Assembly: GCA_963704725.1 (NCBI GenBank) | Contig: OY969934.1 | Span: forward strand, 224,001-288,000 | DNA: 64,000 bases | Direction of reading: 5' to 3' | From: an uncultured Actinomycetes bacterium | GTDB lineage: Bacteria > Actinomycetota > UBA4738 > HRBIN12 | Shown here: in pieces, positions 19,138 to 29,599 of the stretch | Layout of the letters: every line of letters begins with the position of its first letter | Position numbering within the stretch: position 1 is the stretch's first letter | Made by a program: the position numbers and the translations under genes | Notes under the pieces: generated by a model | What the model saw: only the letters and a program-made list of their open reading frames with translations | The model's database searches: none | Told to the model about the DNA's origin: nothing

Positions 19138-19798
19138 ACGAGACGATCTACGCGATGTACCCGTGCTTCCACGCCACGGCAGCGTTCCGCGACCTCGACC
19201 GCGACGACGCCGCCCAGGAGGTGGAGAACCTGTTCAAGTCGTGGGACGGCACCGTGAGCGTTCGCGGCGTCTACTCGACGCGGGGGTTCCGGGCCGACAC
19301 CGACCTGATGCTGTGGCTCGTCGGGCCGTCACCCGACGCCGTCCAGGACGCTCTCGTCGCGTTCGGCAGGACCGAGGCCGGGCGGCGGCTCGAGCTCTCG
19401 TGGACGTTCATGGGGGTCGTGAAGCCGGCGGAGTTCACGGCCGACCACGCGCCGGCGTTCGTGAAGGGCGAGGCGCCGAGGCGGTACGCATGCGTTTACC
19501 CCTTCGTCCGCACGCCCGAGTGGTACCTCCTGCCGCGGGAGGAACGCTCGTCGCTGCTGCGCGATCACGGCGAGATCGGGCGGGAGTTCCCCGACGTCCT
19601 GGCCAACACCACGAGCGCGTTCGCCATCAACGACTGGGAGTGGATCCTCGCGTTCGAGGCCGACGAGCTCGACCGGATCGTGGACTGCATCCGCCGAGAT
19701 TGCGAGAGGCCGAGGCCCGCCGGTTCACCAAGGTCGAGATCCCGTTCGTGACCGGGATCCGCAAGGACGTCCGTTCCGCGTTCGCCGACCTCGGCTAG
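19134..19798 (+). CDS. hemQ: Coproheme decarboxylase (HemQ/ChdC); apparent frameshift near 19695
   Basis: GFRADTDLMLW, EFTADHAPAF, VYPFVRTPEWYLLP, DWEWILAFE; C-terminus LREAEARRFTKVEIPFVTG lies in another frame. Confidence 0.92.
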
Positions 19799-19959
19799 CG
19801 CTGCTCGCCGAGCCGGGTCTGCCAGAGACGGGCCTCGGCCTCCTTGGCCTCCGGGCTGGTGGCCGCGGGCTGCTTCCACCTTCGGAGGGATCGGAACAGC
19901 ACGAACAGGCCGAACGCAGCCACGACGACGATCACCGCGAACGCGATCCAGGACCCCAC
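19795..19959 (-). CDS. Small single-pass membrane protein (54 aa)
   Basis: Hydrophobic N-terminal helix followed by basic residues; TACGCT -10-like hexamer upstream. Confidence 0.5.
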   Translation of the reverse strand: MGSWIAFAVIVVVAAFGLFVLFRSLRRWKQPAATSPEAKEAEARLWQTRLGEQR

Positions 19960-20028
19960 GCCTTCGAGCGTACACCCGGCGCTCCCGAGCGATAATGGAA
20001 GCGTCGGCACCATGAACGGAGGTCTCCC

Positions 20029-20160
20029 GTGGCGCACGCGAAGGACAAGGGCGCGAAGAACGTCAGGAAGGTCGCGCAGAAATCCGTCAAGGAGAAGCGC
20101 GCCGTCAAGAAGGCCAAGAAGCAGACGGCCACCGCGGCGGCGACCCGGCTCGCCGAATAG
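20029..20160 (+). CDS. 43-aa Lys-rich microprotein MAHAKDKGAKNVRKVAQKSVKEKRAVKKAKKQTATAAATRLAE
   Basis: GGAGG RBS before GTG, AAG-rich codons, paralog at 35540-35671. Confidence 0.75.
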   Translation: MAHAKDKGAKNVRKVAQKSVKEKRAVKKAKKQTATAAATRLAE

Positions 20161-20167
20161 GCGGTCC

Positions 20168-21224
20168 GTGTTCGAGGACCTGCTGCCCGACTGGGACGGC
20201 GAGGAGATCGCCGTCGGGTTCGACGCGCCAGCGGCGGCCTGGATGTTCGTGTGCGTGCACTCCACGGTGCTCGGTCCGGCCGCGGGCGGGACGCGCATGA
20301 AGAGCTACGCCTCGGCCCACGACGGCGCTCCGCGACGGCCTGCGGCTGGCCGGCGCGATGACCCGCAAGGACGCCGTCGCCGGGCTACCGCTCGGCGGGG
20401 GCAAGGGCGTGATGGCGGTGCCGGAGATCCCCAGCGGACCTGCGCGCCGAGCGATCCTGCTCCGGCTACGCGGAGCTGGTGGAGTCCCTCCACGGCACGT
20501 ACTGGACGGCGTGCGACATGAACACGGCCTCCGCCGACATGGACATCGTCGCCGAGCGCTGCTCGTCGGTGTTCGGCCGGACCGAGGCGAACGGCGGGTC
20601 CGGGACCTCCGCTCCGGCGACGGCGGACGGCGTCTTCGCGGGGATCCGCGCGAGCGTCGGCCACGCCCTCGGCTCGCCGGACCTCGCCGGACGGTCCGTC
20701 GTCGTGCAGGGCGTCGGGGCGGTCGGCGGTCCGCTCGCCCGGCGGCTCCGGCAGGCGGGCGCGGAGCCCATCCTGTCCGACGTCGACGACGTGCGCGCGA
20801 AGGAGCTGGCCGCCGAGCTCGACGCCGAGGTCGTCGCGCCCGAGGGAGCGATCGAGACGCCGTGCGACGTCTTCTCGCCGTGCGCGACGGGCGGCGTGCT
20901 CTCGGCCGAGTCGATCCCCCGGTTGCGGTGCCGGGTCGTCGCGGGCGCGGCCAACAACCAGCTCGCCGAGGCCGCCGACGCCGAGCGCCTGAACGAGCGC
21001 GGGATCCTGTACGCGCCCGACTACGTGGTCAACGCCGGCGGGATCATCCACCTGGCGTCGCTCGAGATGCTGGGCGAGGACGAGCGCCGACGCGACGAGC
21101 GGTCGAGGCGATCGGCGACACGCTGACCGAGCTCTACGAGCTCGCCGAGGCCGAGGGCATCTCGACGGGGGCCGCGGCCGAGCGCATCGTGGAGCGCCGG
21201 CTCGAGGAGGGGAGACGCAGGTGA
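20168..21224 (+). CDS. Leu/Phe/Val dehydrogenase, split by about 3 frameshifts
   Basis: HSTVLGPAAGGTRM, MTRK...LGGGKGV, VQGVGAVG, GAANNQL, YAPDYVVNAGG spread across frames (shifts near 20325, 20466, 21100). Confidence 0.88.
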
Positions 21225-21554
21225 GCCGCGATCTCGCGTCGATGGTGTGCGTGCCGTGCAAGGGCGGCGTCCCGCCGCTGACCCACGAGGAGATCGAGCC
21301 CTACCTGTCCGATCTCGGCGGGCGAGTGGGAGGCGGCCGGCGATCACCATCTGGAGAAGACCTACCGGTTCAAGAACTTCCGGGAGGCGCTCGAGTTCAC
21401 GAACCGGGTCGGCGAGCTCGCCGAGGAGGTGGGCCACCATCCCGACATCGAGCTGTCGTGGGGGCGCGTGAAGCTCACGGTCTTCACCCACAAGATCGGC
21501 GGCCTGCACGAGGCGGACTTCGTCTTCGCCGCCAAGGCCGACCGCGTCCGGTGA
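21221..21554 (+). CDS. Pterin-4-alpha-carbinolamine dehydratase; frameshift near 21320
   Basis: [12 protein letters not shown]-terminus, then EEVGHHPDI and [13 protein letters not shown] in the shifted frame. Confidence 0.88.
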
Positions 21555-21907
21555 CCGTCACCTTCCGCGAGGTCGTGATCGACTGCGCCGATCCCGGCGC
21601 CCTGGCGCGCTTCTGGGCCGAGGCCACCGGGTACGAGCTCGTGAGCGAGCTCGACGACTGGGCCACCGTGCTCGGCGAGGGCGAGCGCCGGATCCGCATC
21701 GCGTTCCAGAAGGTCCCCGAGGGCAGGGTCGCCAAGAACCGGGTGCACGTCGATCTTGCCGCCCCCGACGAGGAGGACGAGGCCCGGCGCATCGAAGCCC
21801 TCGGAGCGACGAGGCTGTGGGTCTCGGACGATCCCGAGGACCCCTTCATCGTGCTCGCCGACCCCGAGGGCAACGAGTTCTGCGTCGTCCGGGCGCCGGA
21901 CGACTAG
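21551..21907 (+). CDS. VOC/glyoxalase family protein
   Basis: [32 protein letters not shown]. Confidence 0.92.
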   Translation: MTVTFREVVIDCADPGALARFWAEATGYELVSELDDWATVLGEGERRIRIAFQKVPEGRVAKNRVHVDLAAPDEEDEARRIEALGATRLWVSDDPEDPFIVLADPEGNEFCVVRAPDD

Positions 21908-22425
21908 GTCGAGGCGCTCACCAGGCCGAGCTCGCGGAGCGTGCCCCACGGGATCACGTGGCAGTACGGCTCGTGGCCGTTCTTGTCGTAGTAGCGCTGG
22001 TGGTAGTCCTCGGCCGGCCAGAACGCCGGCGCGGGAGCGATCTCGGTGGCGATCGGCCGGTCGAACCGCGCCTGTGCTCGGTCCCGCGACGCTTCGGCGA
22101 GGCGCTGCTGCTCCTCGGAGGATGTGAAGATCGCGCTCCGGTACTGGTCGCCGACGTCGGGCCCCTGGCGGTTCACCTGCGTTGGGTCGTGCATCGCCCA
22201 GAACACCTCGAGGAGCTGCTCGTAGGTCACGACCGCGGGGTCGAACTCGACCTGCAGGACCTCGGCGTGGCCGGTGGTGTGGGAACAGACGTCGCGATAC
22301 GTGGGGCGCTCCGTGTGCCCGCCGGCGTACCCGACCTGCGTCGCGACGACGCCCGGGACGCGCTCGAACACGTACTCGACACCCCAGAAGCAGCCGGCCC
22401 CGAACGTGGCGATCTCGGTCGACAT
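21904..22425 (-). CDS. msrA: Peptide-methionine (S)-S-oxide reductase
   Basis: GAGCFWGVE active site, [20 protein letters not shown]. Confidence 0.97.
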   Translation of the reverse strand: MSTEIATFGAGCFWGVEYVFERVPGVVATQVGYAGGHTERPTYRDVCSHTTGHAEVLQVEFDPAVVTYEQLLEVFWAMHDPTQVNRQGPDVGDQYRSAIFTSSEEQQRLAEASRDRAQARFDRPIATEIAPAPAFWPAEDYHQRYYDKNGHEPYCHVIPWGTLRELGLVSAST

Positions 22426-22490
22426 GTGGAGCATCCCTCCTTCGGATGGATTCATCTCCATCGTCCCACGGGAGCGCGGAACGTTACGCC

Positions 22491-23765
22491 TCAGCCCTCG
22501 AACGCCGCCGCCGCAGCCAGGATCCGCTCCACCTCGGGTTGACCGTGCTCGGTGCCGAGCGTCCACATCTCGTAGCCGGACGGCGGCAGCCAGACTCCGC
22601 GCGCGAGCATGTGGTGGAAGAACCGCGCGTACCGCTCGTGATCCGCCGCCCGCGCGCCCTCGAGGTCCCGAACGGGTCCCTCGGCGAAGAACACGCCGAA
22701 CATCGAGGCGGCGCGGTTGACGGTCGCGACGATGCCTCGGTCGGCGAAGGCCTTCGCCAGGCCATCCGCGAGCTCCTCGGCGGTCACCGCGAGCGCCGCG
22801 TACGGATCGAGATCGCGGGCCAGGTCGACCGCGGCGATCCCGGCCGCCATCGCCACCGGGTTCCCCGAGAGCGTGCCGGCCTGGTACACGGGGCCGACCG
22901 GGGCGAGGTGCTCCATCACCTCGCGACGGCCCCCGAAGGCCGCGCACGGGAACCCGCCGCCCATCACCTTCCCCAGCACCGTGAGGTCCGGCGCGATCGC
23001 GTAGACGGACTGCGCCCCACCGAACGCGATTCGGAACCCCGTGATGACCTCGTCGAACACGAGCAGCGCGCCGTGATCGGAGCACAGCGCCCGGAGCCGT
23101 TCGAGGAACCCGGGCTCGGGCGGGACGACGCCCATGTTCGCCGCGACCGGCTCGACGATCGCCGCCGCGATCCGATCGCCGCGCTCGTCGAACTCGTGCT
23201 GCAGCGCCGCGAGGTCGTTGAACGGGACGGTGAGCGTGTCCTTCGCGGCGCCCTCGGTGACGCCGGGAGAGCCCGGGATGCCGAGCGTCGCGACGCCGGA
23301 GCCGGCGCCCTTGGCCAGCAGCGCGTCCGAGTGCCCGTGGTAGCAGCCGTCGAACTTGAGGACGAGATCGCGGCCGGTGTACCCCCGCGCCAGCCGCACG
23401 GCGCTCATCGCCGCCTCGGTCCCAGAGGAGAGGAGCCGGACCATCTCGACGGCGGGCATCGCCTCCGTGATGCGCTCGGCGAGCCGGATCTCGAGCTCGG
23501 TGGGCGCGCCGAACGTCGTCCCGCTCTCCGCGGCGGCCACCGCCGCCTCCACGATCTCGCGCCGCGCGTGGCCGAACAGCAGCGCGCCCCACGACTGCAC
23601 CACGTCCACGTAGCGGTTGCCGTCGGCGTCGATGACGTACGCGCCCTCGCCTCGCACGGCGAACCGTGGCACGCCCCCCACCGCTCCGAACGCCCGCACC
23701 GGCGAGTCGACGCCGCCCGGGATCACGCGACGCGCCCGCTCGAACAGCTCCTCGGATCGCGCCAT
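22491..23765 (-). CDS. hemL: Glutamate-1-semialdehyde 2,1-aminomutase
   Basis: [39 protein letters not shown]. Confidence 0.97.
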   Translation of the reverse strand: MARSEELFERARRVIPGGVDSPVRAFGAVGGVPRFAVRGEGAYVIDADGNRYVDVVQSWGALLFGHARREIVEAAVAAAESGTTFGAPTELEIRLAERITEAMPAVEMVRLLSSGTEAAMSAVRLARGYTGRDLVLKFDGCYHGHSDALLAKGAGSGVATLGIPGSPGVTEGAAKDTLTVPFNDLAALQHEFDERGDRIAAAIVEPVAANMGVVPPEPGFLERLRALCSDHGALLVFDEVITGFRIAFGGAQSVYAIAPDLTVLGKVMGGGFPCAAFGGRREVMEHLAPVGPVYQAGTLSGNPVAMAAGIAAVDLARDLDPYAALAVTAEELADGLAKAFADRGIVATVNRAASMFGVFFAEGPVRDLEGARAADHERYARFFHHMLARGVWLPPSGYEMWTLGTEHGQPEVERILAAAAAFEG

Positions 23766-23775
23766 GCGTTGCAGG

Positions 23776-24912
23776 CTATCGGAGCGCGTCGAGGAGCAAC
23801 CCGGCCACGGTACCGGCCACGATGAGCCACAGCGTGTTCGGCTTCCACAGGAACAGGACAGCCCCGGCGAGCACCGCGATCGCCGCGGTGGGAACGTCGA
23901 CGATCGCGTCGAGGCCGAGCTGCCACGTCACGCCCACCATGAGCGCTACCGCTGCGGCGGTGACGCCGTCGAGCGCCGCGCCCAGCCAGCGCGACCGGCG
24001 CAGGCGCCCGATGGCGGGCGCGGTGACCGCGACGAACCCGAACGACGGCAGGAAGATCGCGAGCGTGGCGACGAGCGCGCCCGGCACGCCGAGCACGAGG
24101 TACCCGACGAACGTTGCCGTCGTGAAGACGGGTCCCGGGGTCACCTGGCCGATCGCCACCGCGTCGAGCAGCTGCCGGTGCGTCAGCCATCCGAGCTGAT
24201 CGACGAAGTCGGCACGCAGGAACGCGAGCAGCACGTACCCGCTCCCGAACAGGACCGCGCCGATCTTGAGGAACGTGAGGAACAAACGCCCGTACGAAAC
24301 GGCGACCTCGTGGGTCGCGGCGACGAGGAGCGGCACGGGCGCGAGCCAGGGAACGAGGCCGCGGATCGGTTGAGCGGTGAGGTTTCGGGCGAGCATCACG
24401 ACGAGCCCGGTCCCGAAGATCAGGATCACCGCGTTCACTCCGACGAAGTACAGGGCGAGCGCCGCCGCGCCGGCCAGCGCGACGCCGACGCCCTTGATCG
24501 CGACCGAACCCAGCTTCCAGATCGCGTGCACCACGATCGCGATCACGACCGGCGCGACGCCTTCCATGATGGCCCGGGCCTCACGGGTGGTCCCGTACCT
24601 CTCGTACCCCCAGGCGATCGCGAGCACGATCAGCACGGCCGGGACGATGAAGCAGACGCCGCCGAGCAGCAGGCCCGCCCAACCCGCCCGTCGACGTCCG
24701 AGATGGATGGCGAGCTCGGTCGAGCTCGGCCCGGGGATCATGTTCGCCGCGCCGACGAGGTCGAGGAACTCCTGCTGGCTTACCCACCCCCGCCGGGTGA
24801 CGACCTCGTCCTGCATCATCGCGATGTGCACGGCGGGTCCGCCGAACGCCGTGAACCCCAGCCTGGTGAAGAAGCGGGCGACCTCGAGCAGCCGCCCGCC
24901 GCGTTCGGTCAC
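23776..24912 (-). CDS. chrA: Chromate efflux transporter (long-chain CHR)
   Basis: TAFGGPAVH, PGPSSTEL, FGSGYVL, GQVTPGPVF motifs; start at GTG 24912. Confidence 0.92.
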   Translation of the reverse strand: MTERGGRLLEVARFFTRLGFTAFGGPAVHIAMMQDEVVTRRGWVSQQEFLDLVGAANMIPGPSSTELAIHLGRRRAGWAGLLLGGVCFIVPAVLIVLAIAWGYERYGTTREARAIMEGVAPVVIAIVVHAIWKLGSVAIKGVGVALAGAAALALYFVGVNAVILIFGTGLVVMLARNLTAQPIRGLVPWLAPVPLLVAATHEVAVSYGRLFLTFLKIGAVLFGSGYVLLAFLRADFVDQLGWLTHRQLLDAVAIGQVTPGPVFTTATFVGYLVLGVPGALVATLAIFLPSFGFVAVTAPAIGRLRRSRWLGAALDGVTAAAVALMVGVTWQLGLDAIVDVPTAAIAVLAGAVLFLWKPNTLWLIVAGTVAGLLLDALR

Positions 24913-24916
24913 GGAA

Positions 24917-25318
24917 CTACTCGCCGACCGGCCAGTGCTCGACGATGAAGTCCCTTCATCGGGAAGTCCTTCGGGATTGCCGGTGGCCAATCGGGCGCCG
25001 ATCCCGACGGCCGCAGCCGCGATCAGCATGTCGGACGGCGAGAGGGTCCGACCCTTCTCCCGGTAGGATCCGCCGCCACCAACCCGCGAGCCTGCCCTCA
25101 GCGATACCGAGCGGGGCGACCGAGAGGCCCTCGAACAGCTCGCTGCCGTCTCGCGCTCGTGCGCCGAAGTCCGCGCGTCACTTCCTCGACCGTGACCGCG
25201 CAGACATAGGGATATCGCCCGTCGAGGCTGGAGCGCGAGCGAACCGCGCCGAGGCGCCTCGGAGCCCCTCGAAGGATGTCGATCGACCGACGGTCGAATC
25301 GAGGAGGATCGCCGCCAT
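24917..25318 (-). pseudogene. VapC-like PIN-domain toxin with multiple frameshifts
   Basis: MAAILLDSTV...IDILRG, VTVEEVTRG, DMLIAAAA...LATGN pieces in different frames. Confidence 0.75.
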
Positions 25319-25561
25319 CAGCCGACGCGGCGCGGGTCCTCGCGGCGGGAGTCGTGGACCCAGCGGGCAACGTCCGGGTCCCACGGGTGGCCTTCGTCGG
25401 AGATGGACCCGTATCGCGGAACGCATGAGTCTGCCATCGCCGATCCTGCTCCAGCGGCCTTCCGCACGGCCTCGGCGATGAACGGAGCTTCGGCCTCGCG
25501 CGGTCCGAGGTCGGTCGAGCTCGCGGACCAGCGACTCTTCGATGCTGACATGGATCCGCAT
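25318..25561 (-). pseudogene. Ribbon-helix-helix antitoxin (VapB-like), frameshifted
   Basis: MRIHVSIEESLVRELDR...FIAEAVR...HPWDPDVARWV; immediately upstream of the PIN gene. Confidence 0.7.
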
Positions 25562-25569
25562 GGGTGCCG

Positions 25570-25592
25570 AGCTTAGCACACAGCTCAGCACA
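25570..25592 (-). promoter_or_regulatory. Direct repeat AGCT(T/C)AGCACA overlapping the TAAGCT -10 box of the TA operon (putative autorepression site)
   Basis: Two 11-bp copies at 25570-25580 and 25582-25592, 8 nt upstream of the antitoxin ATG. Confidence 0.55.
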
Positions 25593-25594
25593 AG

Positions 25595-26575
25595 CTAGGC
25601 CGAGAGCCACTCGGCCGCGTCCTTGGCGTGGTACGTCAGCACCAGGTCGGCGCCGGCCCGGCGGATCGAGGTGAGGACCTCGAGGACGGCCTTGCGCTCG
25701 TCGAGCCAGCCGTTCTGCGCGGCGGCCTTGAGCATCGCGTACTCGCCGCTCACGTTGTACGCGGCCATCGGGAAGTGGGTGGCGTCCTTGGCGCGGCGGA
25801 TCACGTCGAGGTAGGGGAGCGCGGGCTTGACCATCACGACGTCGGCTCCCTCCTCGATATCGGCGATCACCTCCCGAACGGCCTCGTCGGCGTTGGGCGG
25901 GTCCATCTGATACCCGGTCCGGTCTCCGAACCGCGGCGCGCACTCGGCGGCCTCGCGGAACGGGCCGTAGAACGAGGAGGCGAACTTCGCCGCGTATGCC
26001 AGGATCCCCACGCGGTCGTAGCCGTTGCCGTCGAGCGCATCGCGGATCGCGGCGACCTGGCCGTCCATCATGCCGCTCGGTCCAACCATGTGCGCGCCCG
26101 CCTCGGCCTGCGCGATGGCGATCCGCCGGTAGCGCTCGAGCGTCGCGTCGTTGTCGACGTGCCCGTCGTCGTCGAGCACGCCGCAGTGGCCGTGGTCCGT
26201 GTATTCGTCGAGGCACAGGTCGGCGATCAGGACGTGCTCGTCGCCGAGGTCCTCGCGGAGCTCGCGGAGGGCGCGCTGCGCGATCCCGTCCGGGTTCCAC
26301 GCCTCCGAGCCCTCGGCGTCCTTGCGCTCGGGGACGCCGAAGAGCATGAACGCGAGCACGCCGCGGCTCGCGATCTCGGCGGCCTCCTTGCGGAGCGACT
26401 CGACCGTGTGCTGGAGCTGGCCGGGCATGGAGCCGATCGGCACCGGCTCGGACACGCCCTCCTTCACGAAGAGCGGCGCGATGAGGTGTCGCGGCGAGAG
26501 CTCGGTTTCGCGAACGAGCGCGCGGAGCGCCGGCGTGCGTCGCATCCGCCTCGGGCGCTGCTGTGGGTACGGCAT
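25595..26575 (-). CDS. hemB: Porphobilinogen synthase
   Basis: DLCLDEYTDHGHCG, PSGMMDGQ, SSFYGPFR, MVKPALPYLD. Confidence 0.97.
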   Translation of the reverse strand: MPYPQQRPRRMRRTPALRALVRETELSPRHLIAPLFVKEGVSEPVPIGSMPGQLQHTVESLRKEAAEIASRGVLAFMLFGVPERKDAEGSEAWNPDGIAQRALRELREDLGDEHVLIADLCLDEYTDHGHCGVLDDDGHVDNDATLERYRRIAIAQAEAGAHMVGPSGMMDGQVAAIRDALDGNGYDRVGILAYAAKFASSFYGPFREAAECAPRFGDRTGYQMDPPNADEAVREVIADIEEGADVVMVKPALPYLDVIRRAKDATHFPMAAYNVSGEYAMLKAAAQNGWLDERKAVLEVLTSIRRAGADLVLTYHAKDAAEWLSA

Positions 26576-26628
26576 GTCGAGGATTCTAGGGGGCCTCGCG
26601 TGGAGCGAGATCGCTGCAGCTCGAGAGG

Positions 26629-27375
26629 TCAGCGCGTGGGGCCGAGGACGCGCCCGAGCGCCTGGACCAGGCCCTCGACGGTGTGCGGCCGGGCCACCCC
26701 GTGGACCGGGAGGCCGTGGGCGCGCGCCTCGCGAGCCGTCACCGGGCCGATGCAGACGACCTTCGGCGAGCCCTTCAGCGATCCGAGCAGCCGGACGAAC
26801 CCCCGGACGGTCGAGGCGCTCGTGAACGCCACGGCGTCGACGTCCCCGCGGCGAAGCGCGGCGCGCGCCGGCGTCGGCAGGGACCGGGGCACCCGGGTTC
26901 GGTAGGCGTCCACCCGGATCGGGTTCCACCCCTTCGCGGCGAGGGCATCCTCCAGACCCTCCGGCGCCACGTCGGCCCGGGGACACAGGACATCGCCCGA
27001 CCCTCGGGGGAACGCTCGCGCCAGGGCCGCCGTGGTGAAGGTCCGCGGCATCAGGTCGGGATCGCGCCGCGACCATCGGCGGAACGCCTCGCGTGTCCCC
27101 TCGCCGATCGCCGCCACCTTCGCGTGGACCTCGCGGGGTTGCAGCCGATCGGCCAGCACGTCGACGGTCCGCGGGCTCGTCAGGGTGACCCAGGCGAACC
27201 GGCCGGCCTCGAGCTCCCGAAGCGCCTTCGACAGGGCGGCGCTCCGGACGGGGACGATCTCGATCGCGGGGGCCACGATCGCGATCGCCCCTCGCCGCTC
27301 GAGCGCCCGCACGAGCTCGCCGGCCTGTTCGAGAGGCCGTGTGACCAGGACGGTCTGTCCCGCCAGGGGCTTCAC
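26629..27375 (-). CDS. hemD: Uroporphyrinogen-III synthase
   Basis: VLVTRP, AFTSASTV, CIGPVTA motifs. Confidence 0.93.
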   Translation of the reverse strand: MKPLAGQTVLVTRPLEQAGELVRALERRGAIAIVAPAIEIVPVRSAALSKALRELEAGRFAWVTLTSPRTVDVLADRLQPREVHAKVAAIGEGTREAFRRWSRRDPDLMPRTFTTAALARAFPRGSGDVLCPRADVAPEGLEDALAAKGWNPIRVDAYRTRVPRSLPTPARAALRRGDVDAVAFTSASTVRGFVRLLGSLKGSPKVVCIGPVTAREARAHGLPVHGVARPHTVEGLVQALGRVLGPTR

Positions 27376-28265
27376 GGCCGGACCATCGACAGGATCCCCT
27401 CGGCTCCGCCGGCCACGAGCTCGGACCGGGCGAGCTCGGCCGCCACCTCGGGGGTCGCCCCCTCGACCTCGGCTCGCGCCGTGCGTCCGCCCTCGGGCGT
27501 GAGCACGATCGCGACCATGTGCATGCCCGCCGCGGACCGCTCGGCGAGCGCACCGAGCGGGAGCGCGCACCCGCCTCCGAGCGACCGCATGAGTGTCCGT
27601 TCGGCGACGAGCGCGTCGCGGCTGGGCGCGTGATCGAGACCCGCGACCGACGCGAGCGTGGGCGCGTCGTCGGCTCGCGCCTGCACGGCGAGGGTTCCCT
27701 GCCCCGGCGCGGGGACCATCTCGGCAGCGGACATGGGCGCGACGTGTTCGGGCACGATGCCGAGACGCACGAGGCCGGCCGCGGCGAGCACGATGGCCTC
27801 GACGTCCCCGTCGGCGAGCCTGCGCAGGCGCGTGTCGACGTTGCCCCGCAGGTCTTTCAGCAGCACGTCCGGGCGCCATCGGAAGACCTGCGCCTGCCGG
27901 CGGAGGCTCGAGGTGCCGACCCTGGCCCCCGGGCGAAGCTCGCCGTCGCGCGTGACGAGCACGTCGAGTGGCGAGGCGCGCTCGGGGACCGCGGCGATCG
28001 TCAGGTCGTCCTCGTCCTCGGCGGGCAGGTCCTTCGCGGAGTGCACGGCCAGGTCGACCTCGCCCGCGCGCAGCGCCTGGACGATCTCGGCCACGAACAG
28101 CCCCTTCAGCCCGGCCGGGTCCGACGAGACGCCGGCGCCGCGGTCGCCGGAGGTGGTCATCGGCACGAGCTCGGTCTCGACACCCAAGCGCCGAAGCGCC
28201 CCGGCGACCTCCTCGGCCTGCGCGAGGGCGAGCCGCGAGCGGCGGGTCCCGATCCGGAGCGTCAC
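27372..28265 (-). CDS. hemC: Hydroxymethylbilane synthase
   Basis: IGTRRSRLALAQ, VHSAKDLP, GTSSLRR, LRGNVDTRL, GGCALP. Confidence 0.96.
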   Translation of the reverse strand: MTLRIGTRRSRLALAQAEEVAGALRRLGVETELVPMTTSGDRGAGVSSDPAGLKGLFVAEIVQALRAGEVDLAVHSAKDLPAEDEDDLTIAAVPERASPLDVLVTRDGELRPGARVGTSSLRRQAQVFRWRPDVLLKDLRGNVDTRLRRLADGDVEAIVLAAAGLVRLGIVPEHVAPMSAAEMVPAPGQGTLAVQARADDAPTLASVAGLDHAPSRDALVAERTLMRSLGGGCALPLGALAERSAAGMHMVAIVLTPEGGRTARAEVEGATPEVAAELARSELVAGGAEGILSMVRP

Positions 28266-29518
28266 TCGCCGGCCGGGTCGATGCCGAACAGCTCGGCGAG
28301 CAGCGTCGCGTGGCGATCCTGCTGGGCGGCGGGAGCGTCCTTCAGCCGGACGATCGGCTCGTGCAGGAGCTTGGCCACGATGCCCCGGGCCAACGCCTCC
28401 ACCGTCTGGCGCTGCTCGGTGGTCATCCCGCCGAGCTCCGAGCGGAACCGACGGAGCTCCGCCGCGACCGCGCGATCGCCACGCTCGCTGAGAGCGCGGA
28501 TCAGCGGCGCCAGCCGTTCGGCGCGGCGCCGCGACGCGAACCGCCGCACCTCCTCGGCCACGATCGCGTGTGCGCGCTCGATGTCGGCCGCCGTCTCGGC
28601 GGCGCGAACCGCGAGCGTCGCGCGGAGCCCCTCGAGGTCCACGAGGGTCACGTTCGGGAGGTCGCGCGCGGAGGGCTCGACGTCCCTCGGCACGGCGAGA
28701 TCGAGCACGAACAGCGGCCGGGCCCGGTTCGCGAGCACGGACGCCTGCACGACGACGCCGGCGGCGCCGGTGGCCGAGACGAGGAGGTCGGCGTCGGCGA
28801 TCGAGTTCGGCAGCTCCGCGAGCTCGCCGGGCTCGGCGTTCGTCCTGGCCGCGAGCGCCCGGGCGCGCTCCAGCGATCGGTTCAGGATGCGGACCGTTCC
28901 CACCCCACGTCCGCGCAGGTGCCTCACGGCGAGCGCCGGCATCTGGCCCGCCCCGACGACGACGGCGTGCCGTCCACGGAGCGAGCCGATCGCCTCCTCG
29001 GCCAGGTCGGCCCCGGCGGCCACGAACGCGTCGGGCGCGGCGCCGACCGACGTCTCCGCCCGCACGCGGCGCCCGGCCCGAGCGGCCGCGTGGAACAGGT
29101 CCGCGAGCGCCCGTCCCGCGGCGCCTTCGGACTCGGCGTGACGGAGGGCGTCTCGGACCTGGGAATGGACCTGCGGCTCCCCGAGCACCATCGAGTCGAG
29201 GCCGGCATCCACCGAGAACGCGTGCTCCGCGGCCTCGAGCTCGTAGTGGGAGTAGAGGGGCTCCGCGATCTCGTCGGGATCGATCTCCCGGGTCTCGCAG
29301 AGCAGGCGCTTCAGCGCCTGGAACCCGGCGTGGTACGAGGGGACGTCGCCGAACACCTCCACCCGGTTGCACGTCGACAGGATCACCGCCCCCTCGACGG
29401 CGGGATCGTCTGCGGCGCGCCGGTACGCCTTGGCCAGGTCGTCGTCGGTGAACGCGAGGCGCTCGAGCAGCTCCACGGTGGCGTGGCGGTGCGAGACGCC
29501 GAGGGCGAGGATGGCCAT
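28262..29518 (-). CDS. hemA: Glutamyl-tRNA reductase
   Basis: LSTCNRVE, GLDSMVLGEPQ, DLAVPRDV, KLLHEP. Confidence 0.97.
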   Translation of the reverse strand: MAILALGVSHRHATVELLERLAFTDDDLAKAYRRAADDPAVEGAVILSTCNRVEVFGDVPSYHAGFQALKRLLCETREIDPDEIAEPLYSHYELEAAEHAFSVDAGLDSMVLGEPQVHSQVRDALRHAESEGAAGRALADLFHAAARAGRRVRAETSVGAAPDAFVAAGADLAEEAIGSLRGRHAVVVGAGQMPALAVRHLRGRGVGTVRILNRSLERARALAARTNAEPGELAELPNSIADADLLVSATGAAGVVVQASVLANRARPLFVLDLAVPRDVEPSARDLPNVTLVDLEGLRATLAVRAAETAADIERAHAIVAEEVRRFASRRRAERLAPLIRALSERGDRAVAAELRRFRSELGGMTTEQRQTVEALARGIVAKLLHEPIVRLKDAPAAQQDRHATLLAELFGIDPAGE

Positions 29519-29599
29519 GGGTGACCACGAGTCTAGCGGCGAGCCCGGATCGGCCGGGCGCCGCGGATAGCATCGGGCGCCGATCGAGAGCGAGGTGGG

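Noticed and set aside
21221-21907. Apparent PCD-VOC fusion ORF (228 aa)
   Set aside because: Frameshift artefact; two separate genes overlap at GTGA 21551-21554
23776-25029. N-terminally extended ChrA
   Set aside because: The extension is the C-terminal fragment of the frameshifted PIN toxin (DMLIAAAA...LATGN)
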